DNA from: Ilumatobacteraceae bacterium
Lineage (GTDB): Bacteria; Actinomycetota; Acidimicrobiia; Acidimicrobiales; Ilumatobacteraceae
Length of the DNA stretch: 38,026 nucleotides
Direction: 5' to 3'
Assembly: GCA_030727685.1 (NCBI GenBank)
Contig: JANRBC010000029.1
Location: 1 to 38,026 of the forward strand
Shown here: positions 1 through 9,306 of the stretch, piece by piece
Layout: each line of letters opens with the position of its first letter
Numbering within the stretch: position 1 is the first letter of the stretch
Notes under the pieces: model-generated
The model's input: only the letters and a program-made list of their open reading frames with translations
What the model was told of the DNA's origin: nothing
Database searches by the model: none
Made by a program: the position numbers and the translations under genes

Positions 1-2
1 TT

Positions 3-227
3 TTTGATCGTTTTAAAAAATGCGCAGTAGATGTTTTGGCTGTAGACGCCGCCAAGATCACCATGGAGGCCAGTTTCAAAGATGACCTCGGCTCAGACAG
101 CCTTGACTTGGTCGAATTCGTCATGGCACTTGAAGAAGAGTTCGGCATTACCGTGCCCGAGAGCGACCTCGAAGGTGTCGACACTGTCGGCAAGGCCTTC
201 AACCTCGTTTCTGCAAAAGTTTCTTAA
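3..227 (+). CDS. acpP: Acyl carrier protein (5'-truncated by window edge)
   Basis: DLGSDSLDLVEFVMALEEEFG phosphopantetheine-serine motif; frame is open back to position 3 (FDRFKKCAVDV...); lies directly before fabF. Confidence 0.95.
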   Translation, partial: FDRFKKCAVDVLAVDAAKITMEASFKDDLGSDSLDLVEFVMALEEEFGITVPESDLEGVDTVGKAFNLVSAKVS

Positions 228-249
228 GTTTTAACCTGCGCTTACTTAC

Positions 250-1437
250 ATGCAGGGTGCAGGTCATCGAGTTGCAATCACCGGATACGGGGTCGTTGCC
301 CCCTGCGGTGTAGGCAAGCAAAACTTTTGGCAAGGTCTTTTAGGACCAGGTGTTTCTGGTAGCCATTCAGTTGAAATAGAAAATTGGGATCCGTCGCCAT
401 ATTTCGCTGGCCCCAAAGAGGCTCGTCGCGCCGATCGTTGCGAACAATATGCGTTGGCTGCCGCCTCAGAAGCGATTACACAATCTGGACCACTGCCCTA
501 TGACGCACCTCGTATCGGCACGATTTTTGGCACGGGTATTGGTGGTCTTCGAACCCTAGAAGAACAAGTCATTGTTCGCACCGAAAAAGGAGAACGCCGA
601 GTCTCGCCGTTTTTGGTCCCGATGATGATGTCAAATGCTTCGGGTGCAGCCATTTCAATGAGATACGGATATCAAGGACCAGCTGAAACAATCTGCACGG
701 CGTGTGCAGCGGCGACTCATGCTCTGGGCTACGCCGCTCGACTTGTTGCTTGGGGTCGTTGTGACGCAGTGATTTCTGGTGGTGCCGAATCTGCTGCCAC
801 GATCACTGCTGTTGCTGGCTTTGCAAACATGACTGCTCTTTCAACAACGAAAGTTAGTAAGCCGTTTGATGCAACTCGAGATGGTTTCATCTTCGGTGAA
901 GGCGCTGCAGTGTTTGTTCTTGAACGTCTTGATCTTGCCCTCGCTCGAAATGCAAAGATTTACGGAGAAATCTTGGGCGCTGGTAGCAATGCCGACGCAC
1001 ACCACATCACCGCTCCGTCGCCTGGCGGAGTTGGTGCGATCGCCTGCATGAGGCTCGCACTTGACGACGCGGGGCTCTCGCCGAGCGACATCAAACAGGT
1101 GAATGCACACGGCACATCAACACCTTTAAACGATGCCGCCGAAGCAAGCGCAGTCGCTGAAGTTTTTGGGGCAAGCAAACCTCCGATGACTTCGATTAAG
1201 GGTGTGACCGGTCACCCACTCGGTGCTGCAGGCGCCCTTGAAGCAGCTGCCGTTCTGCTTTCATTCGAGCACAAACTGATTCCGCCTACGGCAAATACTT
1301 CAGTTGTTGACCCACAGATGTTGAACGTCGATATCGTCACCGGCGCTGCTCGCCCATGGCAACCTGGTCCGACTATTTCAAATAATTTTGGTTTCGGCGG
1401 CCACAACGGCTCGATTATTCTCGCGCCTTACGCCTAA
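250..1437 (+). CDS. fabF: Beta-ketoacyl-ACP synthase II
   Basis: TACAA catalytic Cys, NAHGTST and GHPLGAAG His motifs, C-terminal NNFGFGGHN. Confidence 0.93.
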   Translation: MQGAGHRVAITGYGVVAPCGVGKQNFWQGLLGPGVSGSHSVEIENWDPSPYFAGPKEARRADRCEQYALAAASEAITQSGPLPYDAPRIGTIFGTGIGGLRTLEEQVIVRTEKGERRVSPFLVPMMMSNASGAAISMRYGYQGPAETICTACAAATHALGYAARLVAWGRCDAVISGGAESAATITAVAGFANMTALSTTKVSKPFDATRDGFIFGEGAAVFVLERLDLALARNAKIYGEILGAGSNADAHHITAPSPGGVGAIACMRLALDDAGLSPSDIKQVNAHGTSTPLNDAAEASAVAEVFGASKPPMTSIKGVTGHPLGAAGALEAAAVLLSFEHKLIPPTANTSVVDPQMLNVDIVTGAARPWQPGPTISNNFGFGGHNGSIILAPYA

Positions 1438-1463
1438 GCAAGAGTTTTTACATGCGTCGATGC

Positions 1464-1892
1464 TCACGCATCGACGATGACAAACAGCAATTCGCATTCG
1501 CAGGCGATTTCGCCGTTAACTTTTGCAACACCGGTACCTTTGCCTGCACGTGCCGACATCCGACCGAGACTTACTGACATTTCGAGCTCGTCACCAGGCA
1601 CAACTTGACGACGAAAACGTGCTGCGTCAAGACCGCCAAACAACGGCAACTTACCTTTGAATTTCTCTTCGCTTAAAATCGCGCACGCACCAACTTGTGC
1701 GATCGCCTCGCACATCAACACACCAGGCAGAGTCGGTCGACCCGGAAAGTGCCCAGCAAAAAAATTTTCATCGCCGGTCAAACGCCATAAACCAATTGCG
1801 CTTTGCCCGGGTATCAGCTCAATCAATTCGTCAACAAACAAAAACGGTGCGCGGTGAGGTATCAACTCGCTGGGTGTTGGCAATGAACTCAC
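1464..1892 (-). CDS. fabZ: 3-hydroxyacyl-ACP dehydratase
   Basis: IPHRAPFLFVD, FFAGHFPGRPTLPGVLMCEAIAQ, FRRQVVPGD motifs. Confidence 0.95.
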   Translation of the reverse strand: MSSLPTPSELIPHRAPFLFVDELIELIPGQSAIGLWRLTGDENFFAGHFPGRPTLPGVLMCEAIAQVGACAILSEEKFKGKLPLFGGLDAARFRRQVVPGDELEMSVSLGRMSARAGKGTGVAKVNGEIACECELLFVIVDA

Positions 1893-2017
1893 TTCTCGAG
1901 TGCCTCAAGCAAAAATGCAGGAGTGTCTTTCAGTGAGATTTTGTACCAGCCGTGCATAATCTCGCTGTTCTGATCGAGCAGCGCAATCGCTGGCGCTTTA
2001 TCTCCGACTTTCAACAT
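1889..2017 (-). pseudogene. bcp: Internally deleted BCP/PrxQ peroxiredoxin remnant (42 aa, still in frame)
   Basis: Not in ORF track; manual translation MLKVGDKAPAIALLDQNSEIMHGWYKISLKDTPAFLLEALEK* joins a typical BCP N-terminus to a BCP-like C-terminus with no Cys and no catalytic core; stop overlaps fabZ start (GTGA). Confidence 0.75.
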
Positions 2018-2026
2018 GGCAATAAT

Positions 2027-2833
2027 TTAGCGGTTAGACACAATCGGACTGTCAATAGCTGCACGAACTTGCGCTACATACGTTGCGACCGAATCAGGGC
2101 CATCTTCAAGCAATCGACGCACAACCGAAGCACCTTGAATAACGCCATCAGCAACGGCGCATGCTTGCATGGCTTGCTCAGCATTTGAAATACCAACACC
2201 CACCAATACTGGTATGTCGGTAATTTTTTTTAGTCGGGTTGCCATCGCCACAGCAGTGGTCGCCAGTTCAGCACGTTCGCCAGTCACACCGAGCAAGCCA
2301 ACCGCGTATACAAAACCACGTGCTCGATCGATGACTCGTGGCAGTCTTTCGTCGGGCGCAGTTGGGGCCGCCAACATAACAGTTTCAATTTGCGACTTGT
2401 CGGCGGCACTCGCCCACTGCACCGACTCTTCTAAAGGAAGATCAGGAACAATGGCACCAACAACACCAGAGTCACGCAGCGTGCTCGCAAATCGATCATG
2501 ACCTGCTCTAAACACGGTGTTGTAATAACACATAACAATCAGCGGCACTGCGACATCAATCGTTCGTAGCTCATGCAAAATCGAATTAGGAGTTGCGCCA
2601 TCGCGAAGCGCTTTCTCGGATGCCATCTGAATGATCGGTCCATCCATCACCGGATCAGAAAATGGAATTCCGATTTCAATTGCGTCGGCACCATTGGCCG
2701 CTGCACCGCGAACGGCTTCAACCCAACCCGTTAGACCGCCCGTAATGTAGGGCACAAGAATCTTTCGACCCTCGTCGCGTATTTTTCGCAATCGTGTTTC
2801 GAGCGCACCGGGAGTATGTGTCGCAAGTTTCAT
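2027..2833 (-). CDS. trpA: Tryptophan synthase alpha chain
   Basis: IEIGIPFSDPVMDGPIIQ signature, VPDLP, GVTG; start placed at ATG 2833 to avoid overlap with trpB (track start 2863). Confidence 0.95.
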   Translation of the reverse strand: MKLATHTPGALETRLRKIRDEGRKILVPYITGGLTGWVEAVRGAAANGADAIEIGIPFSDPVMDGPIIQMASEKALRDGATPNSILHELRTIDVAVPLIVMCYYNTVFRAGHDRFASTLRDSGVVGAIVPDLPLEESVQWASAADKSQIETVMLAAPTAPDERLPRVIDRARGFVYAVGLLGVTGERAELATTAVAMATRLKKITDIPVLVGVGISNAEQAMQACAVADGVIQGASVVRRLLEDGPDSVATYVAQVRAAIDSPIVSNR

Positions 2834-2846
2834 CAGTGATTTCGCG

Positions 2847-4037
2847 TCAATCCAACTTGTCACCGAGAATAGTCATCATCTGTGCAACGTCTTTGTCACC
2901 ACGACCCGACAGATTCATGAGCACTGTTTGTCCCTGAATTTTGGGCGCCTCTTTAGCAATCCATGCAACAGCGTGCGCACATTCAAGAGCAGGAATGATG
3001 CCCTCGGTACGAGCGAGCAATTTAAAACCCTCAATAACTTCTTGGTCGTTGACGCTCGGATATTCGGCGCGACCGACCGAAGCAAGATAAGAATGTTCGG
3101 GCCCAACACCGGGATAATCAAGTCCGGCACTAATTGAATGGGCTTCTTGCACTTGACCATATTCGTCTTGCATCAAATAGCTCTTCATTCCATGCACTAC
3201 ACCGGGTGTGCCTCTACCAACTGCTGCTCCTCCTGCTGGTTCGACACCAACTAATCGAGTTTTGGCGTCGATGAAACCTGAAAAGATGCCCATCGCATTT
3301 GAACCCCCACCAACGCAGGCGACAACAACATTCGGGTCGGCACCATCACACATTGTTCGAAACTGCTTACGAGCCTCTTTGCCGATCACGCTTTGAAACT
3401 GGCGAACCATGAATGGATACGGATGTGGCCCCATCACCGATCCGATGCAGTAGTAACTTGTCTCGACACTCGCGACCCAATCGCGCATCGCCTCATTGAC
3501 CGCATCTTTGAGAGTGCGGCTTCCCGAGTTTGCGGCTTCAACGGTTGCACCCAGAAGTTTCATACGAAACACATTCAGTGATTGACGCTCGACATCAACC
3601 GCTCCCATATAAACCTTGCACTCAAGACCAAGCAGCGCGGCTGCTGTCGCTGACGCAACACCATGTTGACCAGCGCCAGTCTCGGCGATTATTCGTTTCT
3701 TTCCCATTCGCTTTGCAAGAAGCGCTTGACCGAGCACACTGTTAATTTTGTGCGAGCCCGTGTGATTTAAATCTTCGCGCTTAAGAATTAGTCGAATGCC
3801 AAGTTGCGCACCGAGATTATGGCACTCGGTAAGAATCGATGGTCGACCCGCGTATTCGCGAAGTAAATCATCAAGCTCAGTTCTAAATAGTGAGTCGTTC
3901 CATGCATCATCGAATGCGCGCTCTAACTCTTCACACGCCGGCACGAGAGTCTCGGGCACATACCGACCACCGAAGTCACCGAAACGACCGTCAGCACCAG
4001 GTGTCAACAATTCAGTCGGCACGGGTTTAGCGTTCAT
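2847..4037 (-). CDS. trpB: Tryptophan synthase beta chain
   Basis: [17 protein letters not shown]-lysine motif, [33 protein letters not shown]. Confidence 0.97.
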   Translation of the reverse strand: MNAKPVPTELLTPGADGRFGDFGGRYVPETLVPACEELERAFDDAWNDSLFRTELDDLLREYAGRPSILTECHNLGAQLGIRLILKREDLNHTGSHKINSVLGQALLAKRMGKKRIIAETGAGQHGVASATAAALLGLECKVYMGAVDVERQSLNVFRMKLLGATVEAANSGSRTLKDAVNEAMRDWVASVETSYYCIGSVMGPHPYPFMVRQFQSVIGKEARKQFRTMCDGADPNVVVACVGGGSNAMGIFSGFIDAKTRLVGVEPAGGAAVGRGTPGVVHGMKSYLMQDEYGQVQEAHSISAGLDYPGVGPEHSYLASVGRAEYPSVNDQEVIEGFKLLARTEGIIPALECAHAVAWIAKEAPKIQGQTVLMNLSGRGDKDVAQMMTILGDKLD

Positions 4038-4064
4038 GCAGACTAAATGTACTCCGAACTACAT

Positions 4065-4739
4065 CTATTGGTTATCCCAATTAAAAGGGCGATTATCGCC
4101 GTGTCTGGGTTCGCTCTCAGCGATCTGATCTAGATCTTCGAATGCAGCCCGTGCGTTTTCGATAAATTTCTTCAATTTGATCGGATCTTTGTAACCGTGA
4201 CTTTTCTCGACACCCGAAGAAACATCAACTCCCCAAGGTGCAACTTGAGCGATTGCCGTGCCTACATTTTCGTCGGTTAACCCACCAGCAAGTAAAACTC
4301 TTACGGTGCTCGGCATCTGATCGATCAGCTCAAGATCGTAAGTTATGCCAGATCCAGGTGCAGGCGAGTCAACCAAAATCAGATTAGTTAGGTAGTCATC
4401 GGCTTTTTGTGCCTCAATTGAGCCCGCCACTACTGCTTTGATTACCCAATTTATTTCGACCATTACTTCGGCAACATTCGCTGGCGACTCATGTCCGTGA
4501 AGTTGCGCACCGAACACCCCAGACTCTCGTACCGTGTCGATAACTCTTTGCGGATGCTCGTCACGAAACACGCCAACCGTCAAAACGCTTTGCGGCAATC
4601 GCCGGACTATTTCTTTAACGCGTTGCGGTGCGACTTGTCGAGGCGAGGGAGCAAAAACAAAGCCAAGCGCATCTGCACCTAATGCGACCGCCAATAATGC
4701 ATCTTGTTCGTTAGTGATGCCGCAAATTTTTATAAACAT
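4065..4739 (-). CDS. trpF: Phosphoribosylanthranilate isomerase
   Basis: KICGIT, QLHGHE, LAGGL, GVDVSSGVE motifs; between trpC and trpB. Confidence 0.95.
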   Translation of the reverse strand: MFIKICGITNEQDALLAVALGADALGFVFAPSPRQVAPQRVKEIVRRLPQSVLTVGVFRDEHPQRVIDTVRESGVFGAQLHGHESPANVAEVMVEINWVIKAVVAGSIEAQKADDYLTNLILVDSPAPGSGITYDLELIDQMPSTVRVLLAGGLTDENVGTAIAQVAPWGVDVSSGVEKSHGYKDPIKLKKFIENARAAFEDLDQIAESEPRHGDNRPFNWDNQ

Positions 4740-5512
4740 CAGACTCTCAATTCGTTGAGTGTCTTTGCAATATTGCTCGAAGTCACAAGTGACTCACCCA
4801 CCAATACTGCGTGGTAACCAGCATCCCGAAGTTGTTGTGCATCTGTTCGTGTTCTTACGCCAGATTCGGCAACACGCACAACACTGCTCGGAATTTTTTT
4901 AGCAAGACCAACTGCACGTTGCTGATCTACTTCGAAGGTTTTAAGATTTCGCTGATTCACGCCAATCATCTTTGCGCCAACTTCAAGCGCTAGATCAAGC
5001 TCAGGCTCATCGTGAATCTCTACTAATACATCTAGACCAAGTTCTGATGCAAAATTGTGAAACTTGACGAGTTCGGCTTTTTTCAGGGCTGCAACGATCA
5101 ACAAAATACAGTCGGCATTCATCAATTTTGCATCGCAAATATCGTTAAGTGAAACGGTGAAGTCTTTGCGCAACACCGGCAGTTCAACCGCCTCACGGGC
5201 GATTCGTAAGTCTTCAATAGAGCCGCCAAAAAATTCTGAATCAGTCAATACCGAGATGCAACTTGCACCAGCCTCTTTGTACTGCTGAGCAATGACTTTT
5301 GGTTCTAGGTCGTGACTCAGCAATCCTCGCGAGGGTGAACGCCGTTTGATTTCGGCAATCACCGCCAACGATTTTTTTGAATCTTCAACTAAGCGGTTTG
5401 CGAAACCCCGACCTTGAGAAATTTTCCCAGCCGCATTTGCTAATTCTGACAACGACCGCGTATCACGCGATGCGACTTCGCGATGCTGAGCAAGAATCTC
5501 GTCGAGATACAA
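4739..5512 (-). CDS. trpC: Indole-3-glycerol phosphate synthase
   Basis: VIAEIKRRSPSRG, SVLTD, PVLRKDF, GVNQRNL, AESG motifs; TTG start with AAGGGA upstream. Confidence 0.95.
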   Translation of the reverse strand: MYLDEILAQHREVASRDTRSLSELANAAGKISQGRGFANRLVEDSKKSLAVIAEIKRRSPSRGLLSHDLEPKVIAQQYKEAGASCISVLTDSEFFGGSIEDLRIAREAVELPVLRKDFTVSLNDICDAKLMNADCILLIVAALKKAELVKFHNFASELGLDVLVEIHDEPELDLALEVGAKMIGVNQRNLKTFEVDQQRAVGLAKKIPSSVVRVAESGVRTRTDAQQLRDAGYHAVLVGESLVTSSNIAKTLNELRV

Positions 5513-5515
5513 AAA

Positions 5516-5821
5516 TTAAAGTCCCTTGCCACCCATCGGCGTCAAGAATGAAAACTCGGGAGCACTTGCGGCGAACGGCGCAAGGGTTTTGGACCAAGAC
5601 TTAAAGGGTTCTGAGCCCATGTGCGCATTGGCTGCATCTTGATCGGCATAAAGCTCATAGAACCAAACCGTGTTTGGCTCGACAGCATCGTGATGAAAAA
5701 CGTAGAAGCGCGTACCTTCCTCGCTTTTTGCAGTTTCTATGCCCGGCTTGACAGCCTCGGTCATCGCGTCGCGTTGGCCGTCTAATACTTTCAATTTCAC
5801 TACTACTGCGACTTGCGACAT
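5516..5821 (-). CDS. ABM-domain protein (putative quinol monooxygenase family)
   Basis: 101 aa with EEGT..Y, FYELYADQDAANAH pattern typical of ABM/YgiN-like proteins; GAGGAG SD upstream. Confidence 0.75.
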   Translation of the reverse strand: MSQVAVVVKLKVLDGQRDAMTEAVKPGIETAKSEEGTRFYVFHHDAVEPNTVWFYELYADQDAANAHMGSEPFKSWSKTLAPFAASAPEFSFLTPMGGKGL

Positions 5822-5871
5822 TTGAACTCCTCAGTTATGGGCCTGCTTTTACAAGCCAGATTTATATTTTC

Positions 5872-7179
5872 TTAGTAGCCGAGCCTATGCGAAAGCTCAG
5901 GCAACAACGAGTCGATCTTCACACGATTTTGAGCGGTCGAATCACGTTCGCGAATAGTCACCGAGTTATCTTCTAGCGAATCAAAGTCGACTGTCACGCA
6001 GAAGGGGGTGCCGATTTCGTCTTGACGACGATAGCGACGACCTATCGCTTGAGTCTCGTCAAAGTCACACATATAACGCGCACCAAGCATCGAGTGAATT
6101 TGCTTGGCTAGTGGCATCAGAGTCTCTTTTTTAGAAAGAGGCAACACTGCAATCTGAAATGGTGCCAAACGTGGATGCAAGCGCAACACCGTGCGCGGCT
6201 CATCATTGACAATGTCTTCGTCATATGCGGCAAGCAAAAAAGCTGCCATGGTGCGATTAGCACCTGCTGCTGGCTCAACGACGTAAGGCACGTATCTCTC
6301 GTTTGTCGCCTGATCGAAATATTCGAGCTTCTGCCTTGAGTGCTCTGCGTGCTGCTTCAAGTCGTAGTCAGTTCGTTGTGCAATGCCCTCGAGTTCGCCC
6401 CAGCCCCACGGAAACAAAAACTCAATATCACTTGTACCTGCTGAATAGTGCGAGAGTTCGTCTTTAGCATGCTCACGAATTCGCAACATTTCAGCCGGTA
6501 TGCCGTAGTCGATGTACCACTGCAACCGAGACTTGCACCAGTAGTCGTACCACTCAGCACTCTCACTTGGCGGCACAAAAAACTCGAGTTCCATTTGCTC
6601 GAACTCTCTGGTTCGAAAAATAAAATTGCCAGGTGTAATTTCGTTTCTAAAACTCTTGCCCACCTGTGCGATACCAAAAGGTGGTTTTTTGCGGCTGGTT
6701 TGCAATACATTTGCAAAATTTACGAACATTCCTTGGGCGGTCTCTGGGCGAAGGTAAACAGTCGCACCTTCGCCTTCAACAGGACCCGCGTGAGTCTTGA
6801 ACATCAAGTTAAAGGCGCGCGCGTCGGTGAACTCGCATCCCTTTTTCGACTGCGGGCAATCTCGGTCTTCAATCTGGTCTTGACGAAAGCGCCGCTTGCA
6901 AACGGTGCAGTCCACGAGTGGGTCGCTGAAGTTACTGAGATGTCCACTGGCTTCAAACACCTGTGGCGCACCCAAAATTGCCGCATCAATCAGCACAACA
7001 TCGTCGCGTTGTTGCACCATCGTTCGCACCCATGCCTCTTTGACATTGCGCAACATCAGCGAGCCCAATGGGCCGTAGTCATAGGACGATCTAAAACCGC
7101 CATAAATCTCACCACTCGGATAAACGAAACCCCGCCGCTTGCAAAGGTTGACGACTTGGTCTAAATCTTTCGCTGGCAC
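5872..7179 (-). CDS. glyQS: Glycine--tRNA ligase (alpha2 type)
   Basis: YLRPETAQG, GKSFRNEITPGNFIFRTREFEQME, IGRRYRRQDEIGTP anticodon domain. Confidence 0.97.
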   Translation of the reverse strand: MPAKDLDQVVNLCKRRGFVYPSGEIYGGFRSSYDYGPLGSLMLRNVKEAWVRTMVQQRDDVVLIDAAILGAPQVFEASGHLSNFSDPLVDCTVCKRRFRQDQIEDRDCPQSKKGCEFTDARAFNLMFKTHAGPVEGEGATVYLRPETAQGMFVNFANVLQTSRKKPPFGIAQVGKSFRNEITPGNFIFRTREFEQMELEFFVPPSESAEWYDYWCKSRLQWYIDYGIPAEMLRIREHAKDELSHYSAGTSDIEFLFPWGWGELEGIAQRTDYDLKQHAEHSRQKLEYFDQATNERYVPYVVEPAAGANRTMAAFLLAAYDEDIVNDEPRTVLRLHPRLAPFQIAVLPLSKKETLMPLAKQIHSMLGARYMCDFDETQAIGRRYRRQDEIGTPFCVTVDFDSLEDNSVTIRERDSTAQNRVKIDSLLPELSHRLGY

Positions 7180-7228
7180 TTCTTCAGACTATTACAGATC
7201 TGTGCTGATTTCTGTTCAGGTTTTTCGT

Positions 7229-7954
7229 TCAGCGCTCAGGGCGCTCAAAAACTGCGACCGACTTGAGACGACGCTCAAGGTGATGCTCCATGCATTTTGT
7301 TGCAAGATCTGAGACCTCTCTGGTTGCCGCACTTTCTGGCAAAGAAAGAGCCAAGTTCAGTTGCCCGCCAACGATGTTCTGAATGATCTTGATCGCAGCA
7401 CTCGAAATAGACGCGCCACTACGACAATTTTGGCATTGGCCACCACCGCGAAAGATGTCGAAGGCAACAATTTGATCGCCAGGCGCCCCGCAGCCCACAC
7501 ACTTCTCGACATGGGCACCTACACCTTCAACAACTAGCAACTTAAAATAAAATGCTGCGAGCACCAGAGTCGAATCATTTTCTGAGAGCCACTGCAATGC
7601 ACCCACCAGCATTTTGTAAAGATGCTGTGTCGGCTCGGCCTCCATACCGAGTTGGTCAACTGCTTCAAGCATTGCCAGCCCCCGTGTGAGCCTGTCTAAA
7701 TCGGTATACAGACCACGCGCGCTCGTAACAAGTTCGACTTGGCTAACTGTGTCGAGATCTTTGCCTTTGCTCAATAAAACATCGATGTGACTGAGCGGCT
7801 CTAGGCGCGCGCCAAAACGTGACGACATTTTGCGCACACCGTTTGCGACAGCACGAACCTTGCCGTGCTCTTCAGTCATCATCACGATGATGCGATCAGC
7901 CTCTCGTAAGTCGTAAGTGCGCAAGACAATCGCCTTGTCGCGATACAAACTCAT
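7229..7954 (-). CDS. recO: DNA repair protein RecO
   Basis: AIVLRTYDLREADRI, GKVRAVANGVRK..SRFGARLEP, CxxC...CxxC zinc motif. Confidence 0.95.
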   Translation of the reverse strand: MSLYRDKAIVLRTYDLREADRIIVMMTEEHGKVRAVANGVRKMSSRFGARLEPLSHIDVLLSKGKDLDTVSQVELVTSARGLYTDLDRLTRGLAMLEAVDQLGMEAEPTQHLYKMLVGALQWLSENDSTLVLAAFYFKLLVVEGVGAHVEKCVGCGAPGDQIVAFDIFRGGGQCQNCRSGASISSAAIKIIQNIVGGQLNLALSLPESAATREVSDLATKCMEHHLERRLKSVAVFERPER

Positions 7955-8541
7955 GAATCAACTCCTCCGAAGCGACGATCGCGACGTTGAAAGTCATCAA
8001 TTGCCATTTGAATATGTTCAACATCACACCTAAGCCATGGAACATTCAAAAAAACAAGTTCGCTATATGCAAGTTCCCACATCAGCGATTCGGGAACCTG
8101 TGTTGGTGAACCCAAAATTAAAACTAAATCAGGTTCGCCCGAGGCAGGCGCAAGCAAGGTTGCGGCAAGTTTGTCTTCATCTATTTCTTGACTACCCAAT
8201 TGAGCCACCGCGTTGACAAATCGTTCTTGTCCGTCAGCACAAGTATCAACCACGACCATCAAACCTTGTTCGCCGATCACCGAAACACGATCTCCCGAGC
8301 GCTGACCTCCAAAAACAGAGATAATCGAATTACAAATCACCGAACGCTCGGTCGCGTTTGCGTGCCCCGAGTATGGATAAATCGATAGCCATCGAACACC
8401 GACGCCACCGACCGACTTAACGAGTGCATCAATTTGAAGCTTCCACTCATTTGGGGTTGTTTCGAGCCATTCAGCGATGGTGCCCGCACACACTAAGACA
8501 TGAGCCAAATCACCAGTTGTGTCGCGAGAGGTCTTAACCAC
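7951..8541 (-). CDS. cis-prenyltransferase-family protein lacking catalytic motifs (NgBR/Nus1-like subunit candidate)
   Basis: UppS-like C-terminal half (EPDLVL, WELAYSELVF, DFQRRDRRFGG) and GVRWLSIYPYS, but no DGNxRW, STENW or RTSGExR; stop overlaps recO start (ATGA). Confidence 0.85.
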   Translation of the reverse strand: MVKTSRDTTGDLAHVLVCAGTIAEWLETTPNEWKLQIDALVKSVGGVGVRWLSIYPYSGHANATERSVICNSIISVFGGQRSGDRVSVIGEQGLMVVVDTCADGQERFVNAVAQLGSQEIDEDKLAATLLAPASGEPDLVLILGSPTQVPESLMWELAYSELVFLNVPWLRCDVEHIQMAIDDFQRRDRRFGGVDS

Positions 8542-8547
8542 TGTGAC

Positions 8548-8596
8548 ATTCTCTCACTTTCAAACGACCCGACTCGATAACCAGAGTTGTTAGCGT
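8548..8596. promoter_or_regulatory. Back-to-back leaderless -10 elements for the cis-prenyltransferase pair
   Basis: GAGAAT (- strand, 8548-8553) 6 nt before GTG 8541; TAGCGT (+ strand, 8591-8596) 7 nt before ATG 8604; 62-bp intergenic gap. Confidence 0.55.
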
Positions 8597-8603
8597 TCAA
8601 TTA

Positions 8604-9272
8604 ATGAGTTCGAAACCTCTACATGTCGCCTGCATTATGGACGGCAACGGCAGATGGGCTCGAAAACGGGGCCTGCCACGAACAGCTGGCCACACCGCAG
8701 GCGAAGAGTCACTCGCCGATGTTGTGCGTGCGGCGTCTAAGCGCGATGTCGCGTATCTGACAGTTTTTGGTTTCTCTACCGAGAACTGGGTGCGCCCGCG
8801 GGCAGAGGTGCGTCATATTCTTGGCCTGCATAAAAAACTTTTCGGCCGCATCGCCGAACTGAATGAAAATAATGTTCGCGTCAATTGGATAGGTCGCCCA
8901 TTCGATGAACCAGGCTCGCGCACGCCCCTATATGTGCAACGAGCAATTCGAAAAGCAATCGACGAAACCAAAACGAATACCGGCATGGTGTTGACGGTGG
9001 CATTTGACTACGGCTCGCGCAGCGAACTAACCAGAGCAGCCAAGCGAATCGTGGCCAACCAAACCGAACTTACACCCGCGAATCTACAGCTCAATCTTTA
9101 CGACGCTTCTTTGCCACCAGTTGACGTACTTGTTCGAACCTCAGGAGAATCTCGAATCTCAAATTTTTTGCTTTGGCAGATAAACGTGGCGAAAATTTAC
9201 TTCACAGACCGACCTTGGCCCGATTTTGACTCCGTCGAACTTGATGCCGCAATTGCATTAGCCAAAAATTAG
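8604..9272 (+). CDS. uppS: Polyprenyl/undecaprenyl diphosphate synthase catalytic subunit lacking the C-terminal RxG tail
   Basis: HVACIMDGNGRWA, GHTAG, FSTENWVRP, DVLVRTSGESRISNFLLWQ, WPDF; ends ELDAAIALAKN*. Confidence 0.93.
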   Translation: MSSKPLHVACIMDGNGRWARKRGLPRTAGHTAGEESLADVVRAASKRDVAYLTVFGFSTENWVRPRAEVRHILGLHKKLFGRIAELNENNVRVNWIGRPFDEPGSRTPLYVQRAIRKAIDETKTNTGMVLTVAFDYGSRSELTRAAKRIVANQTELTPANLQLNLYDASLPPVDVLVRTSGESRISNFLLWQINVAKIYFTDRPWPDFDSVELDAAIALAKN

Positions 9273-9306
9273 TTGACAAGATCACAACGACAAACGAGAG
9301 ATTCAA

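Noticed and set aside
5510..5520. ABM gene and trpC in the same frame (possible readthrough fusion)
   Set aside because: TAA is a strong stop, trpC has its own SD-like AAGGGA, and same-frame adjacency happens one time in three by chance.
6448..7164. 238-aa antisense ORF within glyQS (likewise 19448-20068 and 27296-27850)
   Set aside because: Shadow ORFs opposite well-conserved genes with no recognisable motifs.
7951..8541. UppS-like gene as a decaying pseudogene
   Set aside because: Frame is intact, coupled to recO, and losses are selective (cis motifs gone, trans motifs kept), which random decay would not predict. Not formally excluded without dN/dS.
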